Origin: Craspedostauros australis
Lineage: Eukaryota
Reading direction: 5' to 3'
NCBI GenBank assembly: GCA_030167865.1
Contig: JALAGF010003079.1
Location: forward strand, 1 to 38,741
DNA: 38,741 bases
The position numbers and the translations under genes are program-made. The notes under the pieces are model-generated. The model saw nothing but the letters and a program-made list of their open reading frames with translations, made no database searches and was not told where the DNA came from. Positions 9,450 to 21,547 of the stretch are shown piece after piece (the first letter of the stretch is position 1; each line of letters starts with the position of its first letter).

Positions 9450-10099
9450 GGTATTGATTTTCCTGTGGTTGTTGTTGTCGTTGTCGTTGTCGTGTGGTTG
9501 TTCCTGTTCTTGCTGTTCCTGTTGTTCCTGATGCGGTTTATGACAGTGTGAGGCCTGAGTGTATGCGTATGAATGCGTGCCTGTGCGATATGTCTGTGCG
9601 GCTGCTGTGCTTGCTGGTGGTCGTAGCGCAACTTGTGTGCTGTGAGTGTGGCTATTGGTACTCGGAGGGCGTGGGTAGAGTGCGGTCCTTCGTCTCCTTG
9701 TCTAATCTCAAGTGATTGATTGATGGATGGGTGGATGGATACGTAGATCCCAGGTCGCGTTTCACGGGGTACGGCGAATGGGCAAGGACCGATGGCTTGC
9801 TTGCTGGCTCGTTGGCTTCAATGCGTTGCGTCGAGGATGTGTTGGATTGCAGTGCGCTTGATCTCTTGGCTGTTGACGGCAAAGTCGTTTCTTGGTTCGG
9901 ATTTTTGGCCGCTTTGGGCTTTCGATTCGTCGTTCTTGTTCGACTGTTGTCGCGCGAGGCTGTGTCGTGATGTCCTCAATGAAACAAGAGTTTGTGCTTT
10001 GCTTTGAGTGCGCAAGGCAATGGTGGTGGTGGTGGCGGGCTGATGCCAATGGACCTCGCCTCTACTTTGCTTTGCCCAGGCGGCTCTGTTATAACAGTT

Positions 10100-10149
10100 G
10101 TCACTGTCGTTACTGTTGCTACTGTTGCTGCTGTTGTCGCTGTTGCTGT
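10100..10149. repeat. Degenerate 9-nt tandem repeat (GYTRCTGTY-like)
   Basis: gtcactgtc gttactgtt gctactgtt gctgctgtt gtcgctgtt upstream of DDX6. Confidence 0.6.
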
Positions 10150-11046
10150 CTCTGTGTGCCTCTATTCTTCACAAGCCGCTCTACGCGTGGATGCGCGAAA
10201 ATGACCACCGACGCAAGGAACGATGCTCTTGGTTCAATCGATGACGAAGGAATGGAAGAACCTGAATTCAATTGGATCCTCCTGTGTTAGTGATGTTGTC
10301 TTGGTTATGTTGCGACTGGTGTTGCTGCTCTGTTGATGGTGATGATAGTGGTGATGATGGTGAAACTTTGGCTACAGTCTTGTGCTTGTCGTGGCTCCTC
10401 TCTCGCTGTCTCTCTCTTGCAACTAGTTGGAGGATCTGTCTCGTCGATGGCCTGTTGCACAGATTTCTTGTCGAGCAATCGCTGCACACACACAGAGAGC
10501 ACCAACACAAGACTTTCTTAACTTGGCGTCGCCTTCCTTTGCTGTCACCAACGACAACAAAAGATCGTCCCCCGTTGCGTCTGTCGTCATGTGATCGACA
10601 CGCGTTGGAACAAGCAGTCGGACAAAACGGGGTTCTACCAGAAGGGGGCACAACGAAATATTTCGGGGAAAAGAACCACTTCTTGTCACCCCCGAAATAT
10701 TGACATCTTCGTACTTTCCCTACCAAGTTCTACGCAGAATCCGCTGTGTGGGGCAATGCAGCAGTCCAATGACTGTCCTTCGACCGAGACAGCAACTATC
10801 GTAAATGCAAGGATGAGACTAGACGTTTGACTTCCACTTCAATTTGCTGTGAATGTCTTCGACATTCGCACTCGACTTGACATGATGAGGTGTGGAATAC
10901 CATGAATAACAGTTTGGATCTCTATATATAACAATCCCATCCATCCATTAGGAGTCGAATGCGTGCTCATTCCGCAATGTACCTCACCCTGTCGCTCGTT
11001 CTGTGGCTGCATTACCTCCCTTCCATTCCAGAGTGAATGGATCTCC

Positions 11047-13226
11047 CTACTCGTACTCGTCCTCATACTCATCCAACGACTCCAAGCAGTTGCGCAGCCT
11101 TGATTCGTACAGCCGAGGAATGTGCTGCGCGAAATCAAACATCTTGGGACCGATCACGAGTTCATCAAAGAACTCGGGTGGGACGTACTCCAACTGGAAC
11201 TCCTGCGATCGTTGCTGATCTTTGGACAAATAGAGCAGGTTGCCGGGTGGATGCAACTTTTCTCCCTTCATCCGTCTGCGCATCTGATTCATGGTCTGCA
11301 GGCACCAGCGCAAGTCGCAATCATCCATGTCCTCCACACGGCCATCCGTGCGCATCAGAATCATGGCTCGCAAATCTGGTTTCTCGCACAGCTCAGACAG
11401 AGCCGCCGTGACGTCCGCGAAGTGACCGAGACTGATGCAGCAGAATGGGTCGCCCTCGTTGAGGACGGAGTATATGCGGACATCCTCCGCACTGTCATTG
11501 CCATCCGTGTCGTTGCGGTGATCACCGTTGTCGTCGTCATCAGGCTGCTTGCCAACAGCATCATGCGGTGGCGATTGCTGCGTGGGTGAAACGCACGGTG
11601 CACCGAAGGTGTACACAGAAGCAGGCACCGACAACGAATGCGACAGCAGCCGTGCCAAGATCGCCGCGACGCCGCCACCGAGAGAATGCCCCACGATCTT
11701 CAATTTGTAGTCCGGGTGTGCCGCCAGTTCGCTCTTGACGAGGTACTCGGTCTCTTCTTGTATTCCGCGAGCACCTTCCAGCATGCCCTCGTGGGCGCTG
11801 TACAGTTTCGTCCCCACACAAAAATCCACCGTCCTGCAGCACAGATCCGTCAGAACATCGTGCGCGGAGTACGTGCCGCGAATCGAGAGGACGATGGATT
11901 TGTTGGCATGGTCTCTGGCAAGGAAATGGGCAGGCACAGATACGGTGGCATCCAGGTTGACCTTGACAAAGTCCGATTCTTCGATGCCCGTCATCTTCGT
12001 CAGCGCCCGCATGTCCCCACGATGCAGACGACCGCTGGTGGCCAAATCCATCGTCCAGCCATACGCGGCGGCTGCGAACCTCGAGTACCGTGCCAGGTCG
12101 CGGACGAGGTCTTTGTCGTGACATGGCGCGCGTTGCAATTGCTGCCGTTCGTAGCGCTGGGCGGCCTTTTGCAGCTTGGAAAGGGCGTACATGGAAGCGA
12201 TGATGTCCTGCGGTGTATAATTTCGTAGCAGATCGCTCTCGACGCCGTAATCTGGCAAAGTTGTGACTATCCGGCGCACCGATTTCATGGCTTCGATGCT
12301 GTCTCGGCTGAGCCATTTGGTTGCGAACTGTATGATGTTTGATATTTGATGTTAGGATGAGAATAGTATTGCGGCGGATTAAGTGGTGAGGATCAGAACA
12401 TTTGGTACTCGTTGTGAGCGCACATACCAATGCCCACGAAGAGGAAGCGGAATCCAATGGGATGAGGTGGGATGGGTTGGTTGGGATGAAACGAGGACGG
12501 AATGAGTGAGCCAGGTGTTCGAAGCAGCAGCGAAGCAAAACAACAGTGCACTCGTAGCTCGGCACGTCTCGACGGTACCATATTAGCATGATCGATCAAC
12601 AATAAGGCAAGAACTGAGCAAGCAACCGGATGGGTAGATCGGTAGATAGTCACAGCGATACACCACGAATGTCACGAACACACCTCCCACATCTGCTGTC
12701 GGTAGGTGTCGGCCGCCTGCAGGACTGCTTGCACAGACACGACCCATCCACATGCGATGCAGAGATTCCTCGCCAGTCTGTCGGCACCGTTGAGATGAAA
12801 TCTGCCATTGCCATCATTAGAAGAGCTGCCGCCGCGCATGCTTGTGCTGCTTACCCCTTCTGCCATCGTCACGCTGCGCCGCACGCCGCGTCGCAACATG
12901 TCCTGCAGCCATGGCCGTTGTTGTTGTTGTTGATGATGTTGTTCTATGCTGGTTGAATGTTGCGCCAAGGCAGTTCTGGATGTGAGCCGCCGACCGACGA
13001 GGGGATCCTTTGCCGATGTTTTCGTTGGTTGCGACAACCGTGATGTCGGTGCATCTGTTTGCAATCGTGTCCGATCGAAGGCATGGCAGGATGCTGGTGA
13101 TGATGATGATGATGACAAGAATGATGAATTTGTGGCATACGAGTACACCACCACCCATGACATCACTTTCATCGTGTTGGTCCTCATCGTTTGGCTGCTG
13201 CTATGAAGGAAGTTCATGTCAGGCAT
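11047..13226 (-). CDS. Class-3 lipase (DAG-lipase-like alpha/beta hydrolase); 2 exons (about 13226-12684, 12327-11047); start codon uncertain (13226, 13187 or 13172)
   Basis: IVLSIRGT, AHEGMLEGA, nucleophile elbow IVGHSLGGGVA, YTFGAPCV, LHPPGNL, QHIPRLY. A phase-0 intron at 12683-12328 (GTGTGT...ACAG) joins QQMWE|FATKW in frame. CHA-F motif near the N-terminus. Confidence 0.85.
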
Positions 13227-14140
13227 GAACAGGGTATGGCACAATGTGATGTGGTTTGGTGTGGGTTGGTATGGTACGATTAGTTGTGGAGTGAACGGTG
13301 GAGTAGGTACGATGGTGCAGGAGTATGGTTGGAATCGGAAGAGTGGAACATTGCAGGAATGCAACACCAAAGATCAATGCCTCCTAACAGATGGGTCAAG
13401 AGGGGGCACCCGAGGGAGAAACGATGGACGTTGGAAGAGATCAGCACATGAAGTGGTCAGCGACGTGCAACAATCCACATCACAAACCGTGGAGATTCCC
13501 AAACCCGCACACGTCAAAATGGATCACCAAACGCATTGCGCCCCCTTGCGGATGATACACATGTGTTCCACGAGTATAGTATTGGTATTGGTACAAGTAA
13601 TCCTACCTTGTTCACGGTTTGAAGCGTGGGAGTAGGAGTTTCGCTAGTTTTCGCTGAGATTGAGATGAACATTGAAAACATGGCGAATGCCGTTCGCCGA
13701 CACGGTTTCCAAGCTTCGTTGCGGGAAAATTTCTGTTGCCTCCTGTGTTGTTCTTTGCGTGACACCTTACCTTCTTGGCTATTGATAACTTTCTGTTTTG
13801 GTCCTGAAAATTTGTTTTGTGTTTGGACTACTTCGAATTCTAAATTTAGGTCGAAAGAAGAAATACAAAGCTACCAAATGAGCTATTCGACAACAAACAA
13901 CGAAGAATCAAGAAACAGAGGATCCAACACGAAACGACTCATCTCTCTTCGCAGTGATGTGTCACCGAACGCCTCCCGATGAGCCAAAGATCGCGAAGCT
14001 CTCGTGCTTTGCCATCTACAAACGGAATGTTCCACGCTTCCACGCTTCCCACTCTTCTCATAGCTCGTACAATACCAGTATCACGCACACACACACACAC
14101 CTGCACTTGTAGTCGCAATCGCAATCGCATCCACGCACAC

Positions 14141-16480
14141 ATGCAGCCACCTCGACGTGCTTCCGTTCCGAGAGTCCTTGCGACGCTGTGCTTGGGCATG
14201 CTCCTCTGTGCTGGCCGGCAAACGCTTGCTCTGGCAACCTCAGGCCGCTCGATCTTCCCATCAGTGCTTGCATCGTCTTCGCGAGCCTCGAGTTCGTCGC
14301 TTGTGTCAGTGTCTGCTCCTATTGCGGCGCCGACTGTGGCAAAGCTTCACGGAGGTATCCAACGATCCACCCTCGCGGCGATCCGCTTCGGAAGGAAGGG
14401 CTTTGGTCGAACGCTGACCTCGGCATCATCATATTCTTCGTCCTCTGCCTTGGATTCATCGGTGAATGGATCAGAAGACTTCAATCAAGACGACGATATA
14501 TTTGATCTGGATCAACCATCTCCATCCAAGAGCAGCAGTAGCCGCAGCAGCAAGGATCCGCCACGCACAGGTTGGTTGCACAACACACAGCCACGAGCTG
14601 AGATTGAATTGGAGGAACAGATCCAACGGCAGCTGCAGTACCAACGTGAAACAGGGATGGACGGTGGCCAACAGTCGCAACAGTCGCAACAGTCACAGCA
14701 ATCGCAGCAGTCACAGGCTCCGGTCGAGAATTTGGCCAGACTTCGCTTGGAACGCGCCATGATGGAAGATCGACGCAACCATCGCATCGTGGAACCTCCC
14801 ACATTCCATGCGAGCGGCGATGGCACGCAGATCGTCGTGACGGATCATCGCATCTCGGTTCCCATCTATCGTGCAGATTCCAACAACGATATTGGCGCCG
14901 ATGGCAACGATGCAGCGCCAGCCAAGTCAGATCGTATCGACGTCGCCTTCACCATTTGCGAGCAGGTCAAGACCGAGGAAATGCGTCAGTGGTTCCAGGA
15001 TCTCACAGTCATGAACCCACGCAAGCGAGCCCAGCAGTACATTCAGAAGGCCGACATGCTCAATGCGGATGAAATGATCGTTTATCTGCAAGGCGGGCCA
15101 GGATTCGGTGCCCCGGCACCTATCTCTGGGATCTCCTTGGCGAAGGAAGGCAGTTGGGCTGGCGCAGCACTGGCCAAGTACTCACGCGTTGTGCTCATGG
15201 ATCAACGCGGAACGGGCCGTTCCACACCCATCACGAAGCAGACTATGGAACATCGGTTCCCTGATCTGTTCCTGTTCGACAGCAACGACGGCGATCTGGA
15301 TGCCACAGACGACTTCGAGGCAACCATGAAGGAAATCAAGGACCAGCGTCCCAGCGACTACGGCAAGTACGAACAAGCTCTCAACGATGCAGTCCAATTC
15401 ATGACGCAATTCCGTGCGGACAACATCGTCTTCGATGCCGAAGAGATCAAGGAGGCCTTGCTCGTGCCACCAGAGCTGGGTGTCGAACGCGATCCGCAAC
15501 CATGGGGATGCGCTTTGGGACAATCCTTCGGTGGATTCTGCATGATGACGTACCTCTCGCTGGTGCAACGACCGCCCAAGATCTGCCTCCTCACCGGCGG
15601 TATCGCGCCCATGTACACACCAGCCTACGACGCCTACAGCAAGCTCTGGCAACGTGTCAAGACGCGCAGCTTGCTCTACTACGACATGTACCCAGGTGAT
15701 ATCCCGTTGATCAAACGCATCGTGCGTCGATTGCTCGATAAACCCCAACGGCTGCCATCGGGTGGACGGTTGACGGCACGCAGATTCCTCCAGCTGGGCA
15801 TTTCGTTGGGTGGGTCACCCACCAGCTTCGCATCCATGCACAGCATGTTCCAATCGGCATTCACAGCCCAGGACGAATTCTCACGTGCCTTCCTCAAACA
15901 AGTCGACAACGCCCAACCCTTTGACGATCATCCCATCTACTACTGGATGCATGAGACTATCTACGGAGAAGCCAAGATGCACCCACCCACCAATTGGGCT
16001 GCTCATCGCGCATTGCTGCAGCAATCCTCCGAATTTGACTATCGTGCGACCTCTCTGTTGGAAGACGACGACGATCAACCGACCCTGTTCTTCGGTGAAA
16101 TGGTCTTTCCATGGATGTCGCAGGACTACGCCGAGTGTTCTGGTCTTGGTCTAACCGCCATGGCCAATGCATTGGCCACAAAGTCAGACTGGACGCCCTT
16201 GTACGACGAGGAACATATGCAGCACGTGCTGGACGGGCGCCGTCGTCGTGCGGAAAACGAAGAGACATTTGTGTCGCCATCTAAGGCTGCAGCGGCGGTG
16301 TACTACGATGATCTGTACGTCGATTTCGATTGTTCTATGGAAGTTGCGAAACGATCGTTGAAGGATTGCAAGTTGTACATCACGAACGAGTACCAACATT
16401 CGGGCTTGCGGGATGGTGGTGCAGCGATCTTCAACAAGCTGCATGGGATGGCGACTGGAGGCATCCGTGTGCCCAGTTAA
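14141..16480 (+). CDS. Proline iminopeptidase-like alpha/beta hydrolase (S33) with long N-terminal extension
   Basis: YLQGGPGFGAP, LMDQRGTGRS, FRADNIVFDAE, catalytic LGQSFGGFC, YYDDLYVD, NEYQHSGLR. ORF is open from 13979; the ATG at 14141 precedes a signal-peptide-like stretch. Confidence 0.9.
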   Translation: MQPPRRASVPRVLATLCLGMLLCAGRQTLALATSGRSIFPSVLASSSRASSSSLVSVSAPIAAPTVAKLHGGIQRSTLAAIRFGRKGFGRTLTSASSYSSSSALDSSVNGSEDFNQDDDIFDLDQPSPSKSSSSRSSKDPPRTGWLHNTQPRAEIELEEQIQRQLQYQRETGMDGGQQSQQSQQSQQSQQSQAPVENLARLRLERAMMEDRRNHRIVEPPTFHASGDGTQIVVTDHRISVPIYRADSNNDIGADGNDAAPAKSDRIDVAFTICEQVKTEEMRQWFQDLTVMNPRKRAQQYIQKADMLNADEMIVYLQGGPGFGAPAPISGISLAKEGSWAGAALAKYSRVVLMDQRGTGRSTPITKQTMEHRFPDLFLFDSNDGDLDATDDFEATMKEIKDQRPSDYGKYEQALNDAVQFMTQFRADNIVFDAEEIKEALLVPPELGVERDPQPWGCALGQSFGGFCMMTYLSLVQRPPKICLLTGGIAPMYTPAYDAYSKLWQRVKTRSLLYYDMYPGDIPLIKRIVRRLLDKPQRLPSGGRLTARRFLQLGISLGGSPTSFASMHSMFQSAFTAQDEFSRAFLKQVDNAQPFDDHPIYYWMHETIYGEAKMHPPTNWAAHRALLQQSSEFDYRATSLLEDDDDQPTLFFGEMVFPWMSQDYAECSGLGLTAMANALATKSDWTPLYDEEHMQHVLDGRRRRAENEETFVSPSKAAAAVYYDDLYVDFDCSMEVAKRSLKDCKLYITNEYQHSGLRDGGAAIFNKLHGMATGGIRVPS
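14669..14717 (+). repeat. Coding 9-nt tandem repeat encoding (QQS)n
   Basis: caacagtcg caacagtcg caacagtca cagcaatcg cagcagtca. Confidence 0.8.
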
Positions 16481-16599
16481 ACGCATGCAAGAGTAGAGCA
16501 TGTCATTTTGTAAGTTGGTCAGTATCTTTGCATAGTGCGAGTACTCAAATATAATAGAATGGTAATGCACTACGCATGATTATTGACAGCCACTCAAAT

Positions 16600-18627
16600 C
16601 TATCCATCTTCAAACGGATCAACATCCGTGCGAACCACCGGCGGATCTGCGTGCGGCTGCCCCACTTGTGTCAAGGGCTTGCCGAACAGCAGCTCCTCGA
16701 GACGATGCCACGATCGGTGGTGCCCCATGGCCAGCTCCCATCCCTTCTTCGCGATGCGTTGCCGTTCCTTTCTATGAGTGGGATTGAGATAGTAACGAAT
16801 CAAACTCTTGAGAGAGGCCTTGCCATCGTAGACGATGATGTTGGTGCCGTTGTGCAATCCCGTTGGCAAGGCGAGCATGACGTCCGTCATCACCAAGGCG
16901 CCGCTGGCCAGCGAATCCATCAATCGGAAATGATCTTCGGCCGTATCGCGCTGCGCCACGACGACGACCTTGGATTTCAGCAGCCGCTGCACGTACGTTT
17001 CTTGGACGTTGCCCGTTTGTTCGAAATCGCGCACGACCTTGGTCTCGCCCAGCCAGGTGGTGAGGTGGTGCTTTCCGGCCTTCGTGTGCTGCCGTGTGCG
17101 CATGAGCTTGGCGACGGCGTTGCGGAAGAAGGCGTAATGGGAGTAATCGCCGTTGTCCCAAAAGTACGCGACGTCGGTGGATCGTATGGACTTGGATACG
17201 TACTTGGAGGAATGATGCGTCATGTTGCGAACCGCATCGACAAAGACGTCCCGGACGACGTACGGCAGCTGGAGCGTCGGTCCTGCGGAGAGTTCGGCAC
17301 CTGCGTTGGGAGCAATATGTCCAACATGGATCCAATCGGCAGCGACGTCGAAAGAACGGTCCGTGACGATGTTGCGTTTCGCCAAGCGTATTCTGTCGTG
17401 GGGCATCGATGGATTCGTGGATGCGCAGGTATCTTGGCTGGCGCTGCCGCTGTAGTCCATGAGGACGATGTGCAAGAAGGCACTGCCATTCTGGGAGATG
17501 ACACGCTCCAGCACGTTGCAATCTCTCTTGATGCTGGACCAGTCGACGAGCAGGACAGAAGGCGCCTTGCTGTTATCAGCATTGTCAACCAAAGAGACCG
17601 TGTTGATATGACCCCATTGCGCGTACAGGATGCTGGCCAGCTGCATATATTGCGATCGGCGTATACCAGCCATGATCATCTTCGAATGCGGTTGAATTGT
17701 GGCCGAACCATCCACCAAGAAGTGAACGTAGACTGGGTCCTCCGTGCTTGGCTCAAACTTATCAGGATTGATGACTGGGTGGTTCGACGCCTGATAGCTA
17801 TCGTAAGTTCCCCGCTTGATCTTTGAATTTGGTGAAGTTGCAGTTGAAGCACGCGTCTGCGATGCTGATTTGGCCACCACCGCCGCCGTTTCCTCGTCAT
17901 CCTCGGCGTTCTGTGTTCGGGAAGAGACAGCTTCTTCGTCTTGTTCTTGTTCTCCCGAGTCCTCCTCCTCCTCGTCTGAATCTTCTTTCTGTTCTGCAGC
18001 ATCTTGTGCAGAATCTGCTTCTTCCTCTGCTGAAACCTGTTCTGCTGGAAGTTGTTGGACATCACCCTGTTCCGCGTTGATATCTTGATTCTCAACCGGG
18101 TTCGACCGATCGACCTCAGCATTAACATCAGCCTCAACATCAACATTCACCGCCGACAAACCCGCATCACCCTGAATCGAAGGCACCACGCCGTCCAACT
18201 CCAGCTTCTGCGAGAACCCTTTCTCCAATCGATTGTGGATGGCCACCATATTGGCAGCCTCAAATCGCGCCTGCTGCACATCGCCCCATGTTTCGTTGGC
18301 CCGGTACACGGTCTGAAAGATGAGAACCGCGAATATCGCGACGACGAGGAACGGCTTGATGGATCTGGCACACGTGTCCGTGGATCGGTTGCGCGGGCTT
18401 CCACGCGGCATCGTGAGTCGTCTGTGCGATTGCTTGTGGGGCGACGACGATGGTGAGCCTACTGGCGAGTAACACGGCGAGTGGTGATGCGACGATGCCG
18501 AAGACGAAGCAGGCGAAGTCGCGGACGTCGATACCGACAGAGAAGGCGTTGACGATGGTGACAACGGCCTCGATTTCGAACGAGGCGATGGCTTTTGTGA
18601 TGATCCTATCTGCCGCATTGTCGCCAT
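16600..18627 (-). CDS. Type II membrane glycosyltransferase-like protein (C-terminal GT-B half, Glyco_trans_1_2/CgeB-like)
   Basis: 675 aa with Ser-rich tail, one TM helix (FLVVAIFAVLIF) and acidic stem. C-terminal KSKVVVVAQRD...HFRLMDSLASGALVMTD...YYL...ERQRIAKKGWELAMGHH. Confidence 0.75.
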   Translation of the reverse strand: MATMRQIGSSQKPSPRSKSRPLSPSSTPSLSVSTSATSPASSSASSHHHSPCYSPVGSPSSSPHKQSHRRLTMPRGSPRNRSTDTCARSIKPFLVVAIFAVLIFQTVYRANETWGDVQQARFEAANMVAIHNRLEKGFSQKLELDGVVPSIQGDAGLSAVNVDVEADVNAEVDRSNPVENQDINAEQGDVQQLPAEQVSAEEEADSAQDAAEQKEDSDEEEEDSGEQEQDEEAVSSRTQNAEDDEETAAVVAKSASQTRASTATSPNSKIKRGTYDSYQASNHPVINPDKFEPSTEDPVYVHFLVDGSATIQPHSKMIMAGIRRSQYMQLASILYAQWGHINTVSLVDNADNSKAPSVLLVDWSSIKRDCNVLERVISQNGSAFLHIVLMDYSGSASQDTCASTNPSMPHDRIRLAKRNIVTDRSFDVAADWIHVGHIAPNAGAELSAGPTLQLPYVVRDVFVDAVRNMTHHSSKYVSKSIRSTDVAYFWDNGDYSHYAFFRNAVAKLMRTRQHTKAGKHHLTTWLGETKVVRDFEQTGNVQETYVQRLLKSKVVVVAQRDTAEDHFRLMDSLASGALVMTDVMLALPTGLHNGTNIIVYDGKASLKSLIRYYLNPTHRKERQRIAKKGWELAMGHHRSWHRLEELLFGKPLTQVGQPHADPPVVRTDVDPFEDG

Positions 18628-19556
18628 CTTGGCTGTGGGATTTGGTTTCTCGGAAGCCGTTGCTCAGAATAGCAGCAATGATACTGGCAACAGTGGTGTC
18701 AGTAGTGGCGTCTGCGGAGTGATGGAGATAACGATGGAGGTTGCCGGTATGCTCGTACGGAAGACGATCACGAATGCAAACAAGACAATGGGGACTGCTC
18801 CGTTGCTTCTGTTCTTGCTTGTGGCATCCGAACAGAGTGCAACCACCTCCCACGCACAAGAGAGAGACCACCTCCCAGATCATTGCCACAGAGCAACAAA
18901 GACAGCCGCCACGGTTGATTGATTTCGAAGATGAGCCCATTCGTGTTAATTTGCTTCCACTTCCTTTTTTGTTGGCCTTTTCGGTGAGTTTGGATTGTTC
19001 AACGGTCTTGCACACGGCTGAGTTGCATGTGGTGTGACCTTTTCCGACGAAGACGTTATTTTGTGGTTGCGCGCGCTCCTCAAACTTGTTGTCGACGATC
19101 GACTCGATGGATTCAAGTTGGTGATGGAACATCGATATCGTCCATTCCTTTTTGCACATCACTTTTCTTTTCGTCTTTTGTTTGTTCTTCCGTTTCAGGT
19201 TCCTTCCTGTTTGTTGGCATGTGTGGAGAGGCAGACGTGGTGGCGATGACCATCGTCAGCGTTGATGGGTGAGAACTCCTGTGGAATACTCGTAGAGATC
19301 GCGTACCTGCAGAGCATCCGAGGAGCAGAGATTCAATGCTCCACAATTACAACCATCAGCAGCAATAGCAATAGCAGCGCTCTTATCGCCACCATCCACA
19401 GCCAAGCACACAACACAGACCAAGACACAGGCACAGGCACAAACGAAAACACCTTTCGTTCTCTTGTTTGCAGTTCTTCCATTCCTTGACCAAAGTTGAC
19501 GAGTGTCTATTCCACCCCCTTCAACGCCACAGAATCCACAGAACCCGCACGACATC

Positions 19557-20690
19557 ATGAGTCCATCAACGAACAGATTCGTCGCGTCAATGCCCGCCAT
19601 CCTGATGGTGTGGGCATTGGCGCTGTCCTCCACTGAGGCTTTCACGGCCAACCGCAACAGTAATGCCGCCTCACGCCAATCCACATCGAATCTGTTCGCA
19701 GGACGTGGCATGGCAGCGGCCGCACCATCCAAAAAGAAGAAGAAGAAGGGCAAGAAGAAGGCGACGTCGGCCTTTGGCAACAACTCAGGCGCCGCCAAAT
19801 CCGCGCAATCCTTCGATGTCGGTGCCTCCGTCAGCCGGTTGGAGAAGAAGTACGACACCCTCCTGCTGGATTTCGCCAAACAGGTCGCGCGTGAAGATAA
19901 GGAAACCACTGCATCCGAATCTATCTGGGATGAGGAGGTTGTAGGCAACACAGCGACAACCACGGCGACAGCAACGCCAACCGAGATCGGGGAATTCCAT
20001 GCCTCCGAGTACGTCGTGGCCGCCAAATCGAGCAAGGCCGCTGTGTCCGACTGGATTCCGATCGCCCAGATCTGCCTGGCACGTCGCACCGATCTGGAAG
20101 AAAGCGCGGCATTCAAAACGGCCGCCGTGTCAACGTACTGTCGCGAGCTGTATCACGTCGCCACGTTAGGCGCGCCCATCTTCAAGACCATCCCGCGCAA
20201 CGATATTCAGTACAGCATCGAGCCGATCGAGGAGTTTCACAAGTACGTCTACGGCGCCGTCATCGAAGGTGCGGCCGACGACGATGCTTCCGACGACTGC
20301 ATGACGAAAACGCAAGCTCGTGAGGTGTTGGGTCTCGAGTCCGAATCGCCTGACAAGTCCGAGGTCAAGTCGGCGTATCGCAAGCTGGCATTCGAATTGC
20401 ACAGCGATCGGTTCGAGGGGACGGAGGAGGAATGTGCCGCGGCTGCGGAGCGTTTCGGCAAGGTCAAGACGGCCTACGAGACGCTGTCGTCCGGAGTGCG
20501 CGAGGAAGGCAAATCGTGGTACGCCTCGTTGGGCGGACGTGCGCGCAACAGCTTTTTGGGGCCCATCGAGTTGGCCAACATCGCAGAGTCCAAGGCCATG
20601 CTCGAGAAGATGGGAATTGACAGCGCCGTCATTGGTGTGGACAGAGATCTGGTGCAGTCCTTCGTCACACGCAACTTGCGGTCCAAATAA
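19557..20690 (+). CDS. J-domain-like protein (HPD replaced by HSD), predicted plastid-targeted
   Basis: AREVLGL...EVKSAYRKLAFELHSDRF...AERFGKVKTAYETLS. Signal peptide ending TEA-F followed by a basic transit-like stretch. Confidence 0.85.
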   Translation: MSPSTNRFVASMPAILMVWALALSSTEAFTANRNSNAASRQSTSNLFAGRGMAAAAPSKKKKKKGKKKATSAFGNNSGAAKSAQSFDVGASVSRLEKKYDTLLLDFAKQVAREDKETTASESIWDEEVVGNTATTTATATPTEIGEFHASEYVVAAKSSKAAVSDWIPIAQICLARRTDLEESAAFKTAAVSTYCRELYHVATLGAPIFKTIPRNDIQYSIEPIEEFHKYVYGAVIEGAADDDASDDCMTKTQAREVLGLESESPDKSEVKSAYRKLAFELHSDRFEGTEEECAAAAERFGKVKTAYETLSSGVREEGKSWYASLGGRARNSFLGPIELANIAESKAMLEKMGIDSAVIGVDRDLVQSFVTRNLRSK

Positions 20691-21547
20691 TCAGAGCATT
20701 GCGAATAGTTTGTATGGGCAAAGTAGGAACAGCAGGACTCTCACTTCATACTGATACCATGCGAGTACAATGTGCGCAATTGACCACGGATGGTGCATTG
20801 AGACGGAAACTGGGTCGGCGTTTGGATCATCCACTTGCATGTACGAGTAACTGCATGTCGCGAAAATCTAGAGTCGTGTGACGATTTGCGATGGTCTATT
20901 ACGGATGTGTTACTCTACTCAACTCAGGCAACCATTACAGTGACTGTCGGCAGCTCTTTGGGCCACCCATATGTCTGTGTCTTTGCACACATGAGCAAAA
21001 TGAAAGAGAAAACGACGACAGCAGTGCGAAGAGACAGTACCGAAATGTGAGCGGATCGTTACGTGGAAGCACGAGCAGGTGGACGCTGATGGCAAAAACG
21101 CAGACATGACATCATTGGATAATGGATGGCAATGGAACTGTGTCAACAGACAGGTCCAGTCAACAACCCATGGGAGAGGGTATCGCTGGGTTAAAACGTT
21201 GATATTCGTGGATTCGTTCTAGGAAAGCCTTGACACCCAACGTGCTTTTTTCGCACAAGCTCATGGGGCAGCACGATCTTGGATCGACATTTTGCCGATC
21301 CTTCCTGTGCCGCATGGAGCCTCGGGCAACGCCTATGGCACTTCCAGTGGAATGATGGCTGATATCATCCTCAATTGTTGTTCTTGCATGAACAACTCGT
21401 AGATAAGTTGTGTGTGAAATACAGAAGATTGGTTCAAACTCTTGCAACGAGGGACACAGCAAAAAGCAAGCAACCAATGCCGACCGCGTCAATTTGTCAA
21501 CATACCTGTGGATGCACCATGATATGATGAATATCCGTGGGACATGC

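Noticed and set aside
9450-11046. Short ORFs in long intergenic regions (also 6930-7733, 20691-21547, 25737-27383)
   Set aside because: Low-complexity, repeat-derived translations with no motifs or coding-like codon pattern; probably UTRs and promoters.
16576-17826. 416-aa plus-strand ORF (and similar long ORFs at 1795-2709, 3953-4897, 28383-29201, 30572-31303, 36962-37849)
   Set aside because: These are antisense shadows of real genes, expected from codon bias in GC-rich coding DNA, with no recognisable motifs.
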